Assembly: GCA_951406725.2 (NCBI GenBank) | Contig: OX597832.1 | Location: 36,456,001 to 36,520,000, forward strand | DNA: 64,000 nucleotides | Reading direction: 5' to 3' | Origin: Octopus vulgaris | Taxonomy: Eukaryota | Shown: positions 1 through 13,003 of the stretch, in pieces | How the letters are laid out: the number at the start of each line of letters is the position of its first letter | How positions within the stretch are numbered: the first letter of the stretch is position 1 | The notes under the pieces: model-generated | Database searches by the model: none | What the model saw: only the letters and a program-made list of their open reading frames with translations | Told to the model about the DNA's origin: nothing | Made by a program: the position numbers and the translations under genes

Positions 1-360
1 TTTCCGTCATTGGACTGTGGCCATGCTGGGACATTACTTTGAATTTTCAGTTGAATGAATCGACCCCCAGGACTTCTTTTTTAAAGCCTGGTTCTTATTC
101 CATCAATCTCTTTTGCTGAACTGTCAAGTTACAGGAACATAAACAGACCAACACTGGTTGTCAAGTGGTGATTGGGACATAAACACAGATACAAAGACAA
201 ACATAATGGGCTTCTTTCAGTTTCTGTCTACCAAATCTATTCACAAGGCTTTGGTTGGCCCGAGGCTATAGTAGAAGACACTTGCCCAAGGTGCCACACA
301 GTGGGACAAAACCCAGAACCCTGTGGCTGGGAAGCAAGCTTCTTATTGCACAATCATCTC
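1..360 (-). mobile_element. tRNA-derived SINE family A
   Basis: Reverse complement of the family consensus (ggtaagaagcttgcttcccaaccac...ggcaccttgggcaagtgtcttctactatag...ccagcatggccacagtc); resembles octopus OK/OR-type SINEs (family name not verified). Confidence 0.8.
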
Positions 361-362
361 TG

Positions 363-518
363 TGTGTAGTGGTTGCGTGGTAAGAAGCTTGCTTACCAAC
401 CACATGGTTCCTAGTTCAGTCCCACAGCATGGCACCTTGGGCAAGTGTCTTCTACTATAGCCTTGGGCCAACCAAAACCCCATGAGTGGATTAGGTTAGC
501 AGAATCTGATTTAAGCTT

Positions 519-569
<51 letters not shown>

Positions 570-785
570 TTGTGTGTGTGTATGTGTGTGTGTGTGTGTG
601 TGTCCCACATCACTTGACAACTGATATTTGGTGTGTTTACATCCCTGTAACTTAGCGGTTTGGCAAAATATACCAATAGAATAAGTACTAGGCTTACTAA
701 GAATAAGTCCTGGGATAGATTAATTTGACTAAAGGCAGTGCTCCTGCATGGCCACAGTCAAATGAGTGAAACAAGTAAAAGAGTA
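363..785 (+). mobile_element. SINE family A with internal (TA)n(TG)n
   Basis: A/B-box-like head, internal microsatellite 522-602, tail gaaacaagtaaaagag. Confidence 0.85.
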
Positions 786-869
786 CATATATAAAGGTCT
801 GCACCTTTATATACACACATATATTGTTGCTATTATGCAAAAGTGTTGTAAGTCCATAATGTTGCATTT

Positions 870-1760
870 CCAGAAAAGGAAAAAATAGTTTCACCATTCC
901 ATAGCAAAACTGTTGTATGACACTTTGACAATTTTTGATATCTTTTACTCTGCAGGTAATGGGTCTGTGATACCGAGAGGCTTTGTGGCCTCTTTCTTAG
1001 CAAACAGTTAAGTTATGCCTTGTGTTAGCCAATGCAGATAATCATAATATTTTTTCATGTGATTGTATACATTATTAGTTAGGTGTTGGTGGATACTAGG
1101 CAGGTTTTTTTCTATCCAGAAATGTGCAATTCCATTAAGCCCTGTTGCTGGTCTTTTTTATAGCATTTGTGATCTCAGTGGTGTCAATATTTGACCATTC
1201 CTGGGAATCTATGTTCTTATTTTGCTTGGCTGCTTTTGAATCCAGGTTGCTTCCTTTTGTCAGTGTTTGTCACTTTCTCAGATTTTGCTCCAGAAATCAA
1301 CTTCTTTACTTTTAGGTGGTTGGTTGCTTTCTATTTTCCTTTTCTCCCATATCTCCACAGAGCTTCTTTGCATCCTCTCTGAAGCCATTTTCTGTTTAAA
1401 GAAATTAATTCTATTCTCATATCTCTTAAGTCTCCATGCTATTGCTTGGATCTTTTCTGTTAGTATTTCTTTGGCTGATGATATATCACTCAACTTTCGG
1501 ATGTTAAGCCTTATCTCTTGTTTCTTCTTCCTCTTCTTCCTCTTTTTAACATTTGTCCCTCTTTCTGTTTCACTCAGGAAAGATAAGTCTCCATGTAATC
1601 TCTTCAGTTCTTTCTCAATGTTATCCTTCCGTTGTTGTATTCGTTTCCTTCCCCTTTGGGATTTTCGCTGGGGTTTTTCACTCATTGTTTCTGATTTTAC
1701 AAATGTTGAAGCATACATCCGTTGATCTCCATTAAATCCAGGTTAATTCTCCATTCTGGT
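870..1760 (-). mobile_element. Decayed non-LTR retrotransposon ORF, R4/Dong-like (pre-RT region and RT N-terminus)
   Basis: ORF 1278..1718 (ELKRLHGDLSFL...LTEKIQAIAWRLKRYENRINFFKQ...EVDFWSKI), followed through frameshifts by ITNAIKKTSN and WLTQGIT...RPITC. These resemble the KQKLQAKAQRIRRY, WKAPGPD and NYRPITCL motifs of this group. Confidence 0.7.
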
Positions 1761-1779
1761 TCTGATCTTGTGTGTGACC

Positions 1780-1937
1780 AGATAATCTGGCCCAAATATT
1801 CTACTCGTTCAAACCAGCCAAAACTGGCCTTTCATACCTATCCTGCAATGTCATTCTAGATAGAAATAATCATATAAAAATCTCAAAGCTATGAGACAAT
1901 GCATAAATAATTGAAAACAATATGAATAAATAAGCAG
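1780..1937 (-). mobile_element. piggyBac-type MITE family 1, partial copy
   Basis: Reverse complement of the family body (ggcccaaatattctac...caatgtcattcta...ctcaaagctatgaga...gaataaataagca). Confidence 0.7.
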
Positions 1938-2191
1938 TGTAATATATTAATACTACATGACCTCCACCACTGAGTGTGGCCCATATTAAATACAGAATGA
2001 CTACCTAGTGTGAGGCTTCTATATTTTAATTACTTTATGACCCTAGGTTTAACAAAAGTTACTCTATATTATTACCCTGTCTTTGTGTTTACGTGCATGT
2101 GTGTGTGTGTGTGTGTGTGTTCATTTGTATAAGTGAAGTATTTGTGTCTGTGTGCACCTATTAGATTGTATATTTACGTGCTTTTGTGCTT

Positions 2192-2241
<50 letters not shown>

Positions 2242-2637
2242 CTTCCTTTACCAGTGTTTCTGTCCCGTGTTGTCACCTAATCTAATGAGGTATGTCCTAC
2301 TTCAGTTATGTTATTATCTACATTGTTGTGGGAGGGATGAGAACGAAAGGTCACCCCCCTCCCTCACACATATTCTATCTAATCTATTTCCCTTCTCTCC
2401 AACCTTCTTCTCATACCTTCGTATTGTTATATCATCAGCGAGGAATGTATATTGTCTTCTGATAACACCACCACCACTACATTCATCATACCTGTAATGA
2501 CAGCTTCTCAATATAACTCTATCTCTCTCTCAATCATTCAACGGTGGTTCCTATTAACAGGTACATTTAAATGCTGTTATGTGTTATTTTGTTCTATATC
2601 AAAACTGATTCAATGGACCTCTGATCAAAGCCATATA

Positions 2638-3142
2638 CAGTAAAAAATATGCAAGTTAATTTGTTCCCGGAGACTGCTCGTAAAGCGAAAACTCCTAAAG
2701 CAGAGCAATAATTTCTCATAGTAACAATGTTATGAATTGTTATTTGTTCCCAGAAAAATAATTTACTTATAAAATTTATAATACTTGTAAAATAATGGCA
2801 ATAAAACAATAGAATGTAAAGAGTATTTTATGTAAAGTAAAAAGGGAGTCAAGATCATTTATAATAAAAAACATTATTATAACTGTTTCTAATCACTTTC
2901 ACAAGACTCGACTTGTAGACACAATCGCCAATTCATAGATTTGTAGATTTCTTTTCAAAAAATAAATCTACAATAAATTGTTTGCTTAGAAGAAACTTTT
3001 TTTCTCTCTCTCTAAATTTCTCGGTAACATGCAGAAGCATTTGTTGTGGTAGTAGAAACCTTTGCATTTCATTCAAAATTTGGATTTTGTCCTTGAAAAA
3101 TAAAACCCTAAACCCAGGGTCTCGTAAAGTGAGGTATTACTT
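2638..3142. mobile_element. Decayed Tigger/pogo-like non-autonomous element
   Basis: Right end ctcgtaaagtgaggtattact(t)ta is the reverse complement of a CAGTAATACCTC-type TIR; left end ta|cagtaa; internal ctcgtaaagcgaaaactc repeat. Confidence 0.45.
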
Positions 3143-3550
3143 TAGTTTTTGTCTGTTTATCAGGTTGTGGGAATCCGGGGTCACGTTGTTGAGGTAGATC
3201 TGGCTGCTGTTTCTAGCTGCTCATCATGAGATTCCTTCATGTGTTACTTGATTTCTAAGAACACTGTGTGTGTTCATCTGACTCTCAGATGACAGACTGT
3301 TAGTTTTGTTGATGGTCATACAGTTTGTCAGCCAGTTGACTTTGTACTTGGGAAATCTACTGATAAGTGGATGGATGTTCCTCTGACACTTGTGATATCA
3401 ATGCAGTTCTCAACAAGATCAGAAACAAGAATGAAGAGAACCAGAATGAATACTTTGCAGCATTCTATATAATGCTTTAATGATTCTTCCAATTTACCAT
3501 CTCCATCTGGACAAACCGTCCAATCCATGCCAGCATGGAAAACAGACATT

Positions 3551-3765
3551 CACCCTTTAGCATTTAGATTATTCTGTCAAATATATTGCTTATTTATTCA
3601 CATTGTTTTCAATTAATCATGCATTAACTTCATAGCTTTGAGATTTCAGAGATGTGATTGTTGACTTTTAGAACAACAGAGAAAAATGGGTGTGAGAGGC
3701 AAGACCTGGTCAGTTTGAACATAAAACAGGCTGAATACTTGGGCAGGATATGGCCAGTTTAAATG
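3551..3765 (+). mobile_element. piggyBac-type MITE family 1 (right TIR lost)
   Basis: ccctttagcatttagattattctgtcaaat...ggatatggccagtttaaatg. Confidence 0.8.
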
Positions 3766-4899
3766 ATGATGATGATCTGGGTCTATTCTACATTTGCACC
3801 CACCCTTCCTATATAATAAGCTACAATTGTTCTGTCGGTGGAAAGATCTATATCTGTGTCTTTGCTAATCTGTAGTTACCTCTCAGTAATTTTGACAAGT
3901 ATAATTCTACTATTTATAGCCTTGTCATATTAAATATTATTTATAATCTTCATACTTAAAATTTCTATCCTGTCTGTTCATGAAGCCCTGTCACAAATTA
4001 AATCAGTGTGTTGATATTCTTGTTATCCTGAGACCAAGATGAATGACTGTTGCTATTCTAGTTTCTTATCTTTGGGATTAGACAAGAAGATTGTTCTGGT
4101 GTTTCCTTTATTTCCCAACTTTCCAGTCCAATCCTCAATTAGATATGCAAGATACACCTGACACTTGGTACTACTGTGAGTGTTATGCCTGAAATACTTG
4201 TTGACCTTGTTCATCCAGCTGTAAATAAATGTCATGAGGAGGCATGGCACGATTGTTACAGCATTGGACAAAATAGCTTGTAGTATTTTGTCCAATGCTC
4301 TATGTTCTTAGTTCAAATCCTGTTGATGGCATCTTTACTTTTCATCCTTTCTAGAGTCAAACTGGGGTCAATGTAATTAACTAGCTCCTTCCCCTCAAAA
4401 ATGCTGGCTTTGTGCCTAAATTAGAAACCATTGTTTTTAATTAGTACCACATTTCCTTTCAATTACTTAATGATGGTAATAGATTCCCCTGTTTCTCGAT
4501 TTGACTTTATAAACTTTTTGCTAGTTTTCAGTAATGGGTTTCAGATTTTCTCATGGAATTATTAGATATTCCAGAGTATCTTCTTTTGAATTCCTCTATA
4601 ATGATGGTTTCTGTAACATTTCAACATGCCAATGATTTACCAATCATCAATATTTACTTGAATTCATATATATACCTACAATGGCCAGAAATACTGTAGT
4701 TCGTGTCTTCAGTGTCGGTAGTTAGGAGCCATCTTGTATACAAATTTTATTTTCAAGAAGATCAAGAATTCCTCAATTTCAGTCTCACAGTGGCTCCCCC
4801 TGCCATACCATTATTATACGAAGAACGAGAGAGAATGATTCATTTCAAATATAGCAACTGAAATGTTGACTAAAATGCAAATAAAATACTACTAGTGTT

Positions 4900-5065
4900 C
4901 ACTGTAATGTTTACAGCACTGTTGATTGCACTATTGACTAATATTGATTGCACTGTAGACTGCATTATTTAATGTGATGTTGGTTGCTATATTAAGGCAC
5001 CGTCGATTGTAATATTGACTCTGTTGTAGACAGATTTTGATTAAAGTTGACGGTGCTGTTGTTTG
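4900..5065. repeat. Degenerate ~12-bp minisatellite
   Basis: Repeated gcactgttgatt / gcactattgact / gcactgtagact-like units. Confidence 0.55.
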
Positions 5066-6431
5066 TTTGTTTGTTTATATCATTGATCCCCAAATGGTTA
5101 TTTATAACTTTGTCATCGTTTATAATAACCCGCTCACCACTTATAAACAATTCGCGAGTAATCATCTATGACTTGCTAAATCATTATTCACAAGTGATCC
5201 TGTAGTCATCTCAATCAGTTGACCAGTTTAACACCACCACCACCATTGCATACCTTTCATGAGTTTATTGTTACAAACATTTCTGCTGGGCGTCCAGTTT
5301 GAGGAAATCTCCTTTCCTCTCTCGGAGCCTGTCTCAGGTATATCCTTTAAAGGATTACCAGCATCGTCTTCTATTTGATTAAGTGATAAGAAAATTGTAA
5401 ACGATCAGGACATCCTCTATAAACAACAAAGTCATCATTTTTAATGATCAGGTGATTATTTATAAATGTCCAAAAGCCCCGTCATTCTTTTCATTGTTGG
5501 TTTGTCAAAGGAAGCTGCATTGTTTGTTGAATCAAACATATTTCTAGTCATTAAATTATCCTCTTCTCATTATCTCCCTCTCACTTTAGCACTATTTTGC
5601 TACAGCAGCTAACATTTATTTTCTTTTTTTGTCTCTCTTACTCTCTCCATACACACACTCTCTCTTTCTTTCTCCACACACACACACACACACCTACCTA
5701 TATATGGCAACAAGGTCCACGATAATTATCAGTTATTTACATAAAGCTTTGAAACTGAAGAAAAGCTTTATTGAAACCTTTCTGCCTCTGGTCCACTCAC
5801 CTCTTTTCACTAGGATTGAACATTTCTTCTCCCACCCCTACCAGGGAGTTGTGGTCCTGAAAGGTCAGCCCTTAAGTGCACTTCTATTCATTAAGGATTG
5901 TTCTCCCTACTTATCAAATCTTGTTTCCTTTTCATTGATATTTTACTGTTTTATTAATGCCATCCTTACATTCTCAGTTGTCTGCAGTAGCTACTTTAAA
6001 GGTTACCATTGCAGTGTTAGAAGTCCAATTATCATTGCCATAAGTGGAACTACTTGGCTTTAGCTTACTTTCTATTGATTTCATTTCAACATCAAACCTT
6101 TCCTCTTTATCCTATTTTCACTCTCTGTTTCTCTCTCTCTCTCTCTCTCTCCACTGACTTTCCGTCTTATCCTTTCCTCCACCCATCACTTATGTAAATG
6201 TTTAGATCTTCTATACTGTTTACCTTTAAGGATGTTAACCTAAACTTTTTGCTTTGGTGGTGTTCTTTAACCATAGGTCAACCTCCATCCAGTAGACTAT
6301 GATCAAAGGACTTATTTAGGTCTTTTATTGTAATTTCATTCATATCTCGGATGCATTATAAGATATTAAAATTAACACCAGTATTTAACTGGTATTTTAT
6401 TATATCCATCTCAGAAGAATGAAAAGCTACA

Positions 6432-6666
6432 TTAACCCTTTTGTTACCATATTTCTGTTGAAATGCACCGTCTTTGTTTCATTTAATATTGAAAATAATG
6501 AAGAATTTTCTAAAAAAAAAAAAAAAAAAAATTGTCCGTTACTAATCTTGTGTTTGGAACCTATATTAACATTTGAATGAAAGGCTTTAATTTAGCTCCC
6601 TTTAGAACAAGAAATTTGTATCATGGGACCAAAGTTGGTCTCAGGCCATTTTGTGTCGAGTGTTAA
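6432..6666 (+). mobile_element. TTAA-flanked MITE family 2
   Basis: TTAA|cccttttgttacc...gtgtcgagtg|TTAA; body shared with 19804-20000 and 24917-25123. Confidence 0.7.
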
Positions 6667-6805
6667 CATTGGTAGTGAAGAAAAGTCAACTAGTTGAGAT
6701 GAACAAACTTGTTAAAATAAAATGCTAACATAAAGATACAGCCTGGAACAAATAACTTCACCATAAATAGCATGGCTTTGGGTGCTCTCTGCCCAGGTCA
6801 CCCCA

Positions 6806-7029
6806 TTAACCCTTTAGTTTTCAGATTACTCTGTCAAATGTGATGTTTATTCACATTGATTTCAATGAATTATGCATCATCTCATAACTTCTAGATTTCA
6901 ATGATGTGATTGTTTATTTTAAGAATGACAATGTAGGGTAGGTGTGAGAGGCTGGATCTAGTCGGTTTGAACATAAAACAGGTGGAATATTGGGGCTGGA
7001 TATGGCCAGTTTAAATGCCAAAGGATTAA
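6806..7029 (+). mobile_element. piggyBac-type MITE family 1, full length
   Basis: TTAA|ccctttag...aaatgccaaagga|TTAA. Confidence 0.85.
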
Positions 7030-9059
7030 ACCTTGAAAATAACCTAGAATGTTGTTAAAAATATTTCAGACCACTTTACAAATCTAATCTGTTGCAAATT
7101 ACCAGAAAGTGATTAAAAATTGTCTACTGTAGACAGAAGGCCTGAAATATTTCTGGGAAAGGGGACAAGTCAATTACATTGGCCCCAGTGCGCAAGTGGT
7201 ACCTAATTTCAATGATCCTGAAAGGATGGAAGACATTTGAACTCAGAATGTAAAGCCAGAAGAAATGCCACTAAGTATTTTGACAGTGATTTTGGTCCAT
7301 TTTATTTTTTTGTCAGAAATCAGTTTTGAAATTATTTCTATGAAATATCCTTATTTCCTATGGTGAAGTCCCACATTTCACCAAAATATTTCCACGGCCC
7401 ACCTTGAGAAGCACTGGGTTAACCCATTCCAAAATGAATGTATAACACCATGCTTGATGTTGATGATGATAATGGTGATGATAGAATTGTTGATGAAGTA
7501 GAGAGAGAGACATTCAGTAATAAGTAGAATGATGAATGATATTGCTGTTGCTGCTATTGTTGTGATATGGTTTGAAATACAAGCACCAGGATGATATTAG
7601 AAAAGGTGTATTAAATGTCTAAGTGTGGAATATTCTCAAACTGGATTCCCTCCTTCTTCATTCTAATTCTTTCTCTCTTCTCCATCAACATCCCAGCCAT
7701 TTTATTTACATTCACTCACTATAATGTGGATTAGGTTTAACTTGTTAATTCTGTAGTTCAGCCTTTACAAGTTGTCATCAACATAACTCAGCCAGTGAAG
7801 TCATCAGATTTTTTTCACATTAAAAGCTTGCCCTTCGAGACATCTCCTCTGTTAAGGTTAATGTTCTTTTGGATTACCATTTTGTGATTCTGTTCAAGTA
7901 TTCACAGAAGCTAACCCATGTAGCAATTAAACACTACTAAGATGAATCGACTTATTAAATGTTGACAGATTAGCTATCTAAATGTTTAAATTTCTTGCTA
8001 AAACTAAAGATTTACATTGGAAATAGCTTCTAATCTAAATCTTTTGAAAAAATCCTCAAATACTTTGGCAATGATTTTCATTTTTTTTTCTTTTTTCTTT
8101 CCTTATTGGAAGTTTCTTTCCTTTTTCTGTTTTTAGAAATATGCTTTTCTGTAGAATAAAGTAAAAAAAAAAACTCAACAAAATTGAGAAAAGAAAGTAT
8201 TAACGTGTTGAAATTTTCTTGAAGATTATTGAAAGTGAAACTAATTCTGCCAGAAATGCCATTTCTTAATACTCAAAGAAATTTGGCATTTCTGCAGATA
8301 TTAAGCTTAATGTGTGAAACTAGTTTATGGATCAAAAAACTTGATTCTCGAACTGTAGGTGTGTGGTGAGGTTGGGATATTGCAGGGAGAGGGTATAAGA
8401 AGAGAGGAAATGCAATAGAATTATATCGGTTTCAAAGTTTTCGATGAGATGTTAAATATTTTTGTCTTTTCTTTCTGAAACCATTCCATTGTCTTTCTCC
8501 AAAAATTGGATCGTGGGTTGTTAATGTTTAGCCATAGGTGAACCCTAATTGAACAAACCTATGGATGAAACCATTTCTGCCATGGGCTATTACACTTTTT
8601 TAAATATCACTGACTACATGTCCATCCTTTTCAAAGATGGGTTTGTAACGAAAGGTGATGTGTGAGTTTGTTCACTTCAATACTGGAGCAGGAAAACCTA
8701 TCAAAGGTTGCAGATTCAAATGTAGTAAAGCAACTTGTTCAATGTAATTCAACACAATGTTTACAAAGATTCTCTTGCAGATATGTTGGTCCTTAAGGAA
8801 CTGTACATGATAGTACTGCATTTTGGGAACTTTAATGCAGTGTTTAAGGTATAATAATTATTTGTAGGAAACAACTGAATGTGTAAGATATTTAATGCTA
8901 ATTGGTTAAGATATATATATGCCTTTTTCCCAATTTGCATTCAAGTTAGCTTTCCGTTCTCTAATCTAGATCTCTGCTAATTTTGCATTTTCCCAATAAC
9001 CATTCCTTAACTAAGATGATTCTAGCACACCTCTCTCTCTTTATTTCTGACTTCACAAG

Positions 9060-9467
9060 CTAATAAGGGAACCCATACATGGTGGCTCAACATGAAAATA
9101 TCTACCAAACATCCCTCAAATGGTACCTTAATGTTTTTAACTCTTCAGCATTCAGATTACTCTGTCAAATGTAATGCTTATTTATTCATATAGTCTTTAA
9201 TACATCATGCATTATCTCATGGCTTTGAGATTTTGACGATGTGGTTGTTGATTTTAAGAATTACATTGCAGGGTAAGTGTGAGAGACCAGATCTGACTGG
9301 TTTGGATGCAAAACATAAAAGAATATTTGGGTTGTGTATGGCGAGTTTAGATACTAAAAGGTGAGGAGGAGGAAGAGGATATACTGGAAAATGTCAGTTT
9401 TCATGGCTGGAACATCTTTAGCCAGGTCTGTCCAATCAGGTCAGATCTGGGAAGAAACAACAACAAC
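9060..9467 (+). repeat. Interspersed repeat family D ((CAA)n-tailed, probably retroposed), interrupted by a MITE
   Basis: gaaccc...gtggctc...ccctcaaat...catggctggaa...ggtctg...atcagg...aaacaacaac; homologous to ~14165-14315, ~20665-21225, ~33618-34045 and ~55185-55385. Confidence 0.65.
9137..9362 (+). mobile_element. piggyBac-type MITE family 1, nested in repeat family D
   Basis: TTAA|ctcttcagcattcagattactctgtcaaatg...atactaaaagg. Confidence 0.8.
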
Positions 9468-10689
9468 TTTCAACTCCAAATTGCATATGCAACAATACCA
9501 CTGCTAAACACTCCTTCTAACCCTATATACACTCAGTTGCCAAGAAACTTTCTCTAATCATTGCTACCCAACAAATAACCAGCCCTGATGGTGTTTTAGT
9601 CCTCAGACTTGACACAAGTACTTTCATGATGACCTTTGAGTTAAACATTTAAATGTATATTACTCGGTTCTTTTGGAAATTTCTCCAACAGATTGTCATT
9701 GAGTTGCCCCGAGATGAGATTTATTTGCCATCTACATCACACTGTGGAATTTGAATGAAATACCTACTCTTGTGATCTCTTTGATGCCTTAGAAATACTT
9801 CTGTGCTGTGCCTACATCTTCATCTGTGAAGCCAAATGTATTAATAACTGATACTGGAATAACAATATAACCAGGAACCATATAACACAATTTCATCTGT
9901 CACTGAAGAAATTTTATTGCTATAAAAATTTCAGTACCATGTTTGGAATATTTCTGTTGTTAATATTCATTATATGCAATATAATTCATTGTGACATGTG
10001 GGTTTATATCTTTTCTCTACTTTCGACTGGTATTTGCAGTAAAAACAGAAAGCAACTGTACAATAAAATCCTGGCAGTGTCCGGCTACTGCTAATACTTT
10101 GATACTATGTTGCCAACAATAGCAAAACAGAGCATTTAATAAGGATAATTTTATTTTCCCCATTAAACCTGAAGTTATGATTAGCTTATTTTAAGTCGTC
10201 GATAATTCCAGATGATGCAGCTGTGTATATACACACACATCTCGAATGTGCTGGTGTTGCCAACATTATTTTTATGACATAGTAATTCAATAATAATAAT
10301 AATAATGATTAGTAGTACGGTTAGAAATACTTCAGTTATTTTGAAATCAGTAAGATAACTCGAAATTTATGGAAAGTCACGAGATACATGTTTTTTTTTA
10401 AATGTATTTTATTTGAAGCCTTCAATTCTTTATATGGTCTAGAAATCCACATATGTTGTATTGAAAATGCAGTCTTAGCAGAAAGTATCTCTTAAAGCTA
10501 TAATCCTTGCTATATACTTGTTACCTTTTCTTATACGGATAGTTAATTATTATTTTCCACTTTATGTGAAGAAGTAAGCAATCTTAACTATGGAATGAAA
10601 GCTATAACCTGTTTATAATATTATATTGCTACTGAGCGACTATGTTAAAAAAGCTGCAACAATCTTGAAAAGCTGTGTAACACTTTTAT

Positions 10690-11060
10690 TTTTATGTGCC
10701 AAGTGAAATCGTAGTTGTGGTTGATGCCAGTGCTCCCTGACTGGCACCTGTACTGGTGGCACATAAAAAGTACCATTCGAGCATTGGGCTTCATGGGGGA
10801 AGTGGCAGGTGACCAAGACCTTTGGCCAAGTAAGACCATAGTTGTGGCCGATGCTGATGTCAGGTCAATGGCACCTGTGCTGGTGGAATGTAAAAAACAC
10901 CCACAACACTCCGAGTGGTTGACGTTAGGAAGGGATCAAGCTGTAGAAACCTTGCCAAATCAGATCGGAACCTGGTGCAGTTCCTCAGCTTACCAGTTTT
11001 CAGTCAAACCATCCAACCCATGCCAGCATAAAAGCAGACATTAAATAATGATAATGATGA
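10690..11060 (+). mobile_element. 5'-truncated RTE-type 3' UTR copy
   Basis: gagtggttgacgttaggaaggg...ccatccaacccatgccagcataaaagcagacattaaataatgataatgatg; same family as 58750-59130. Confidence 0.7.
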
Positions 11061-11159
11061 CTAGATTTGAACCCATAATCCTATCAAGCAAGGTATAGTT
11101 GCTGCCCTATTGAACTGTGGATTCTCAAAAAGAAAAAAAACATATCAGTAGTATAAGTG

Positions 11160-11530
11160 TAGACATGATTGTATGGTTAAACTGTTCAATTTGTAGCTGT
11201 GCTTCTTTGTTTGGTGTTCCACTGCATTGGACGTTGGGTAAATGTTTTCTACTTTTGCTTTGAGATGAGCAAGGCCTTGGGTGAAAATTGGTAGACAGAA
11301 ACCCATCATATATGTATCTATGTGTCTGTCTGTCTAAATCTTGGAGTGTTTGTGTGTTTGCATTTATGCCACTTAAAGGCCAGCAATCTTTTTGATGTAC
11401 CATAACAAAGTTGTTTAGCAAATGTATGGCAATAAGATAAGTCTCAAACTTAAAAATTAATTCCTGGGGTTAATATGCACAACAAAGACCCTCAAATGTG
11501 GTGTCTCAATATGGCTGCAATTCAATCTTG
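11160..11530 (+). mobile_element. SINE family A, old degenerate copy
   Basis: ttgggtaaatgttttctact...ttggtagacagaaac...gtggtgtctcaatatggctgca. Confidence 0.6.
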
Positions 11531-12814
11531 GTAAAATATTAATTGAATATAAATATACAGATACCAAAATATATCAATTACCTTTTGATATTTACAAATA
11601 TGCTTGACATAATTACATCTTTTAGTTGCATTTTATCTCCTGTTTAACTTTTACAAATACACACACACACATAAATGCATACACATACACAGAAGCAGTT
11701 ATTAGCATTTTCTCTTTTCTTGTGAAATAATTATTTTGATATATCAAGACACAATTCAAAAATGCTTCAAAGAAACGAGAGATGGAGTCTGTAGAAATGT
11801 ACTAATGTGTTGGTGTATATGGGATACGTATATAACATAGCTATTGTAAAAACCAGGAAATATTTTAATACTGATCACTTGTTGATCTTCTGAAGTCTCA
11901 AGACACACATTGGAGTTCTGCTCTTGTATAATTGTATATTAGAAATTTCTATATCTTCTCTCTCTTTCTCTCCCCACCCCAACTATAAGGTAGCTTCTAT
12001 ATCTCTATGTTACACTTGTCAATCTTCTCTGTCTCTCTATAAACTAATCTGCCTCAGTAAACTAGCTTCATACTTCTGTAGACTTATTGTGGCTGGGTGT
12101 GGTTTCTTTTAATAGTTACTCTATACCATTACTTGGTACTCACATCTATCCTGCCACTCAGCACTAAAACAACCACTCACTTAACTCTAGTACTTCTCAC
12201 TCAACTCTAGTACTAAGTAAAAACCTCCCAACTACTTCTCAACAATGTGGTACTAGACACATCCTCACAACCGCCACTCTCCTCTCTGCACTATTTTGGG
12301 TGAGGGTGTAAGTCATTTACATCGACTCCACGGATCATCTTGTACTTATTTTATTGACAGTGAAGAAGACAACATCCCCCAAAATGGCCTTTGAAAGGTC
12401 TACACTTGTGCATTTTGGTTGTCTGAAAATCCTTTGGTTCATCATAGATATCTCAACTCAGGTGGTATGTGACCATCTGATGGAACTTCAGGTGAAGACT
12501 TTACCAATCCTGGCCAATTATATAGACCCTACACATTTACTTTGCTTTTCTTTTGTAAGTCATATTACAGGATAATGTGTGTGTGTGTATATGTATATAT
12601 GTGTACGTGTGCATGTGTATGTTGTATGTGTTCATGTGTATGTGTACTTGTGTATATATGTATGCGTATATGTATATATATATACTTGCACATGCATATA
12701 CCAATTTTTCTTGTGTGTGGGTGTATATATGTATATATATTTTATTTTAAAATCTTTGTGAAAGTTACTTGATACAGTTTTACCAAGTATAAAAAATATT
12801 TCTTTATATGTGTA

Positions 12815-12822
<8 letters not shown>

Positions 12823-12890
<68 letters not shown>

Positions 12891-12940
12891 TGAAGGAATT
12901 TTAGCTTAGGAAATTAAAGATGAAAGAAATAATTTATTGG

Positions 12941-12979
<39 letters not shown>

Positions 12980-13003
12980 CTCTCTCTCTCTCTCTCTCTC
13001 TCT
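12823..13003. repeat. (TA)n and (CT)n microsatellites
   Basis: (TA)~30 at 12823-12883; (CT)n at ~12946-13003. Confidence 0.95.

Noticed and set aside
1267-1725. 152-aa hydrophobic plus-strand ORF resembling a membrane protein
   Set aside because: It is the antisense shadow of the Lys/Arg-rich LINE relic.
11074-11098. cct atc aag caa g|gtatag (PIKQ) as the dlg1 first coding exon
   Set aside because: No ATG at the expected position, weak donor, and repeat-adjacent context.
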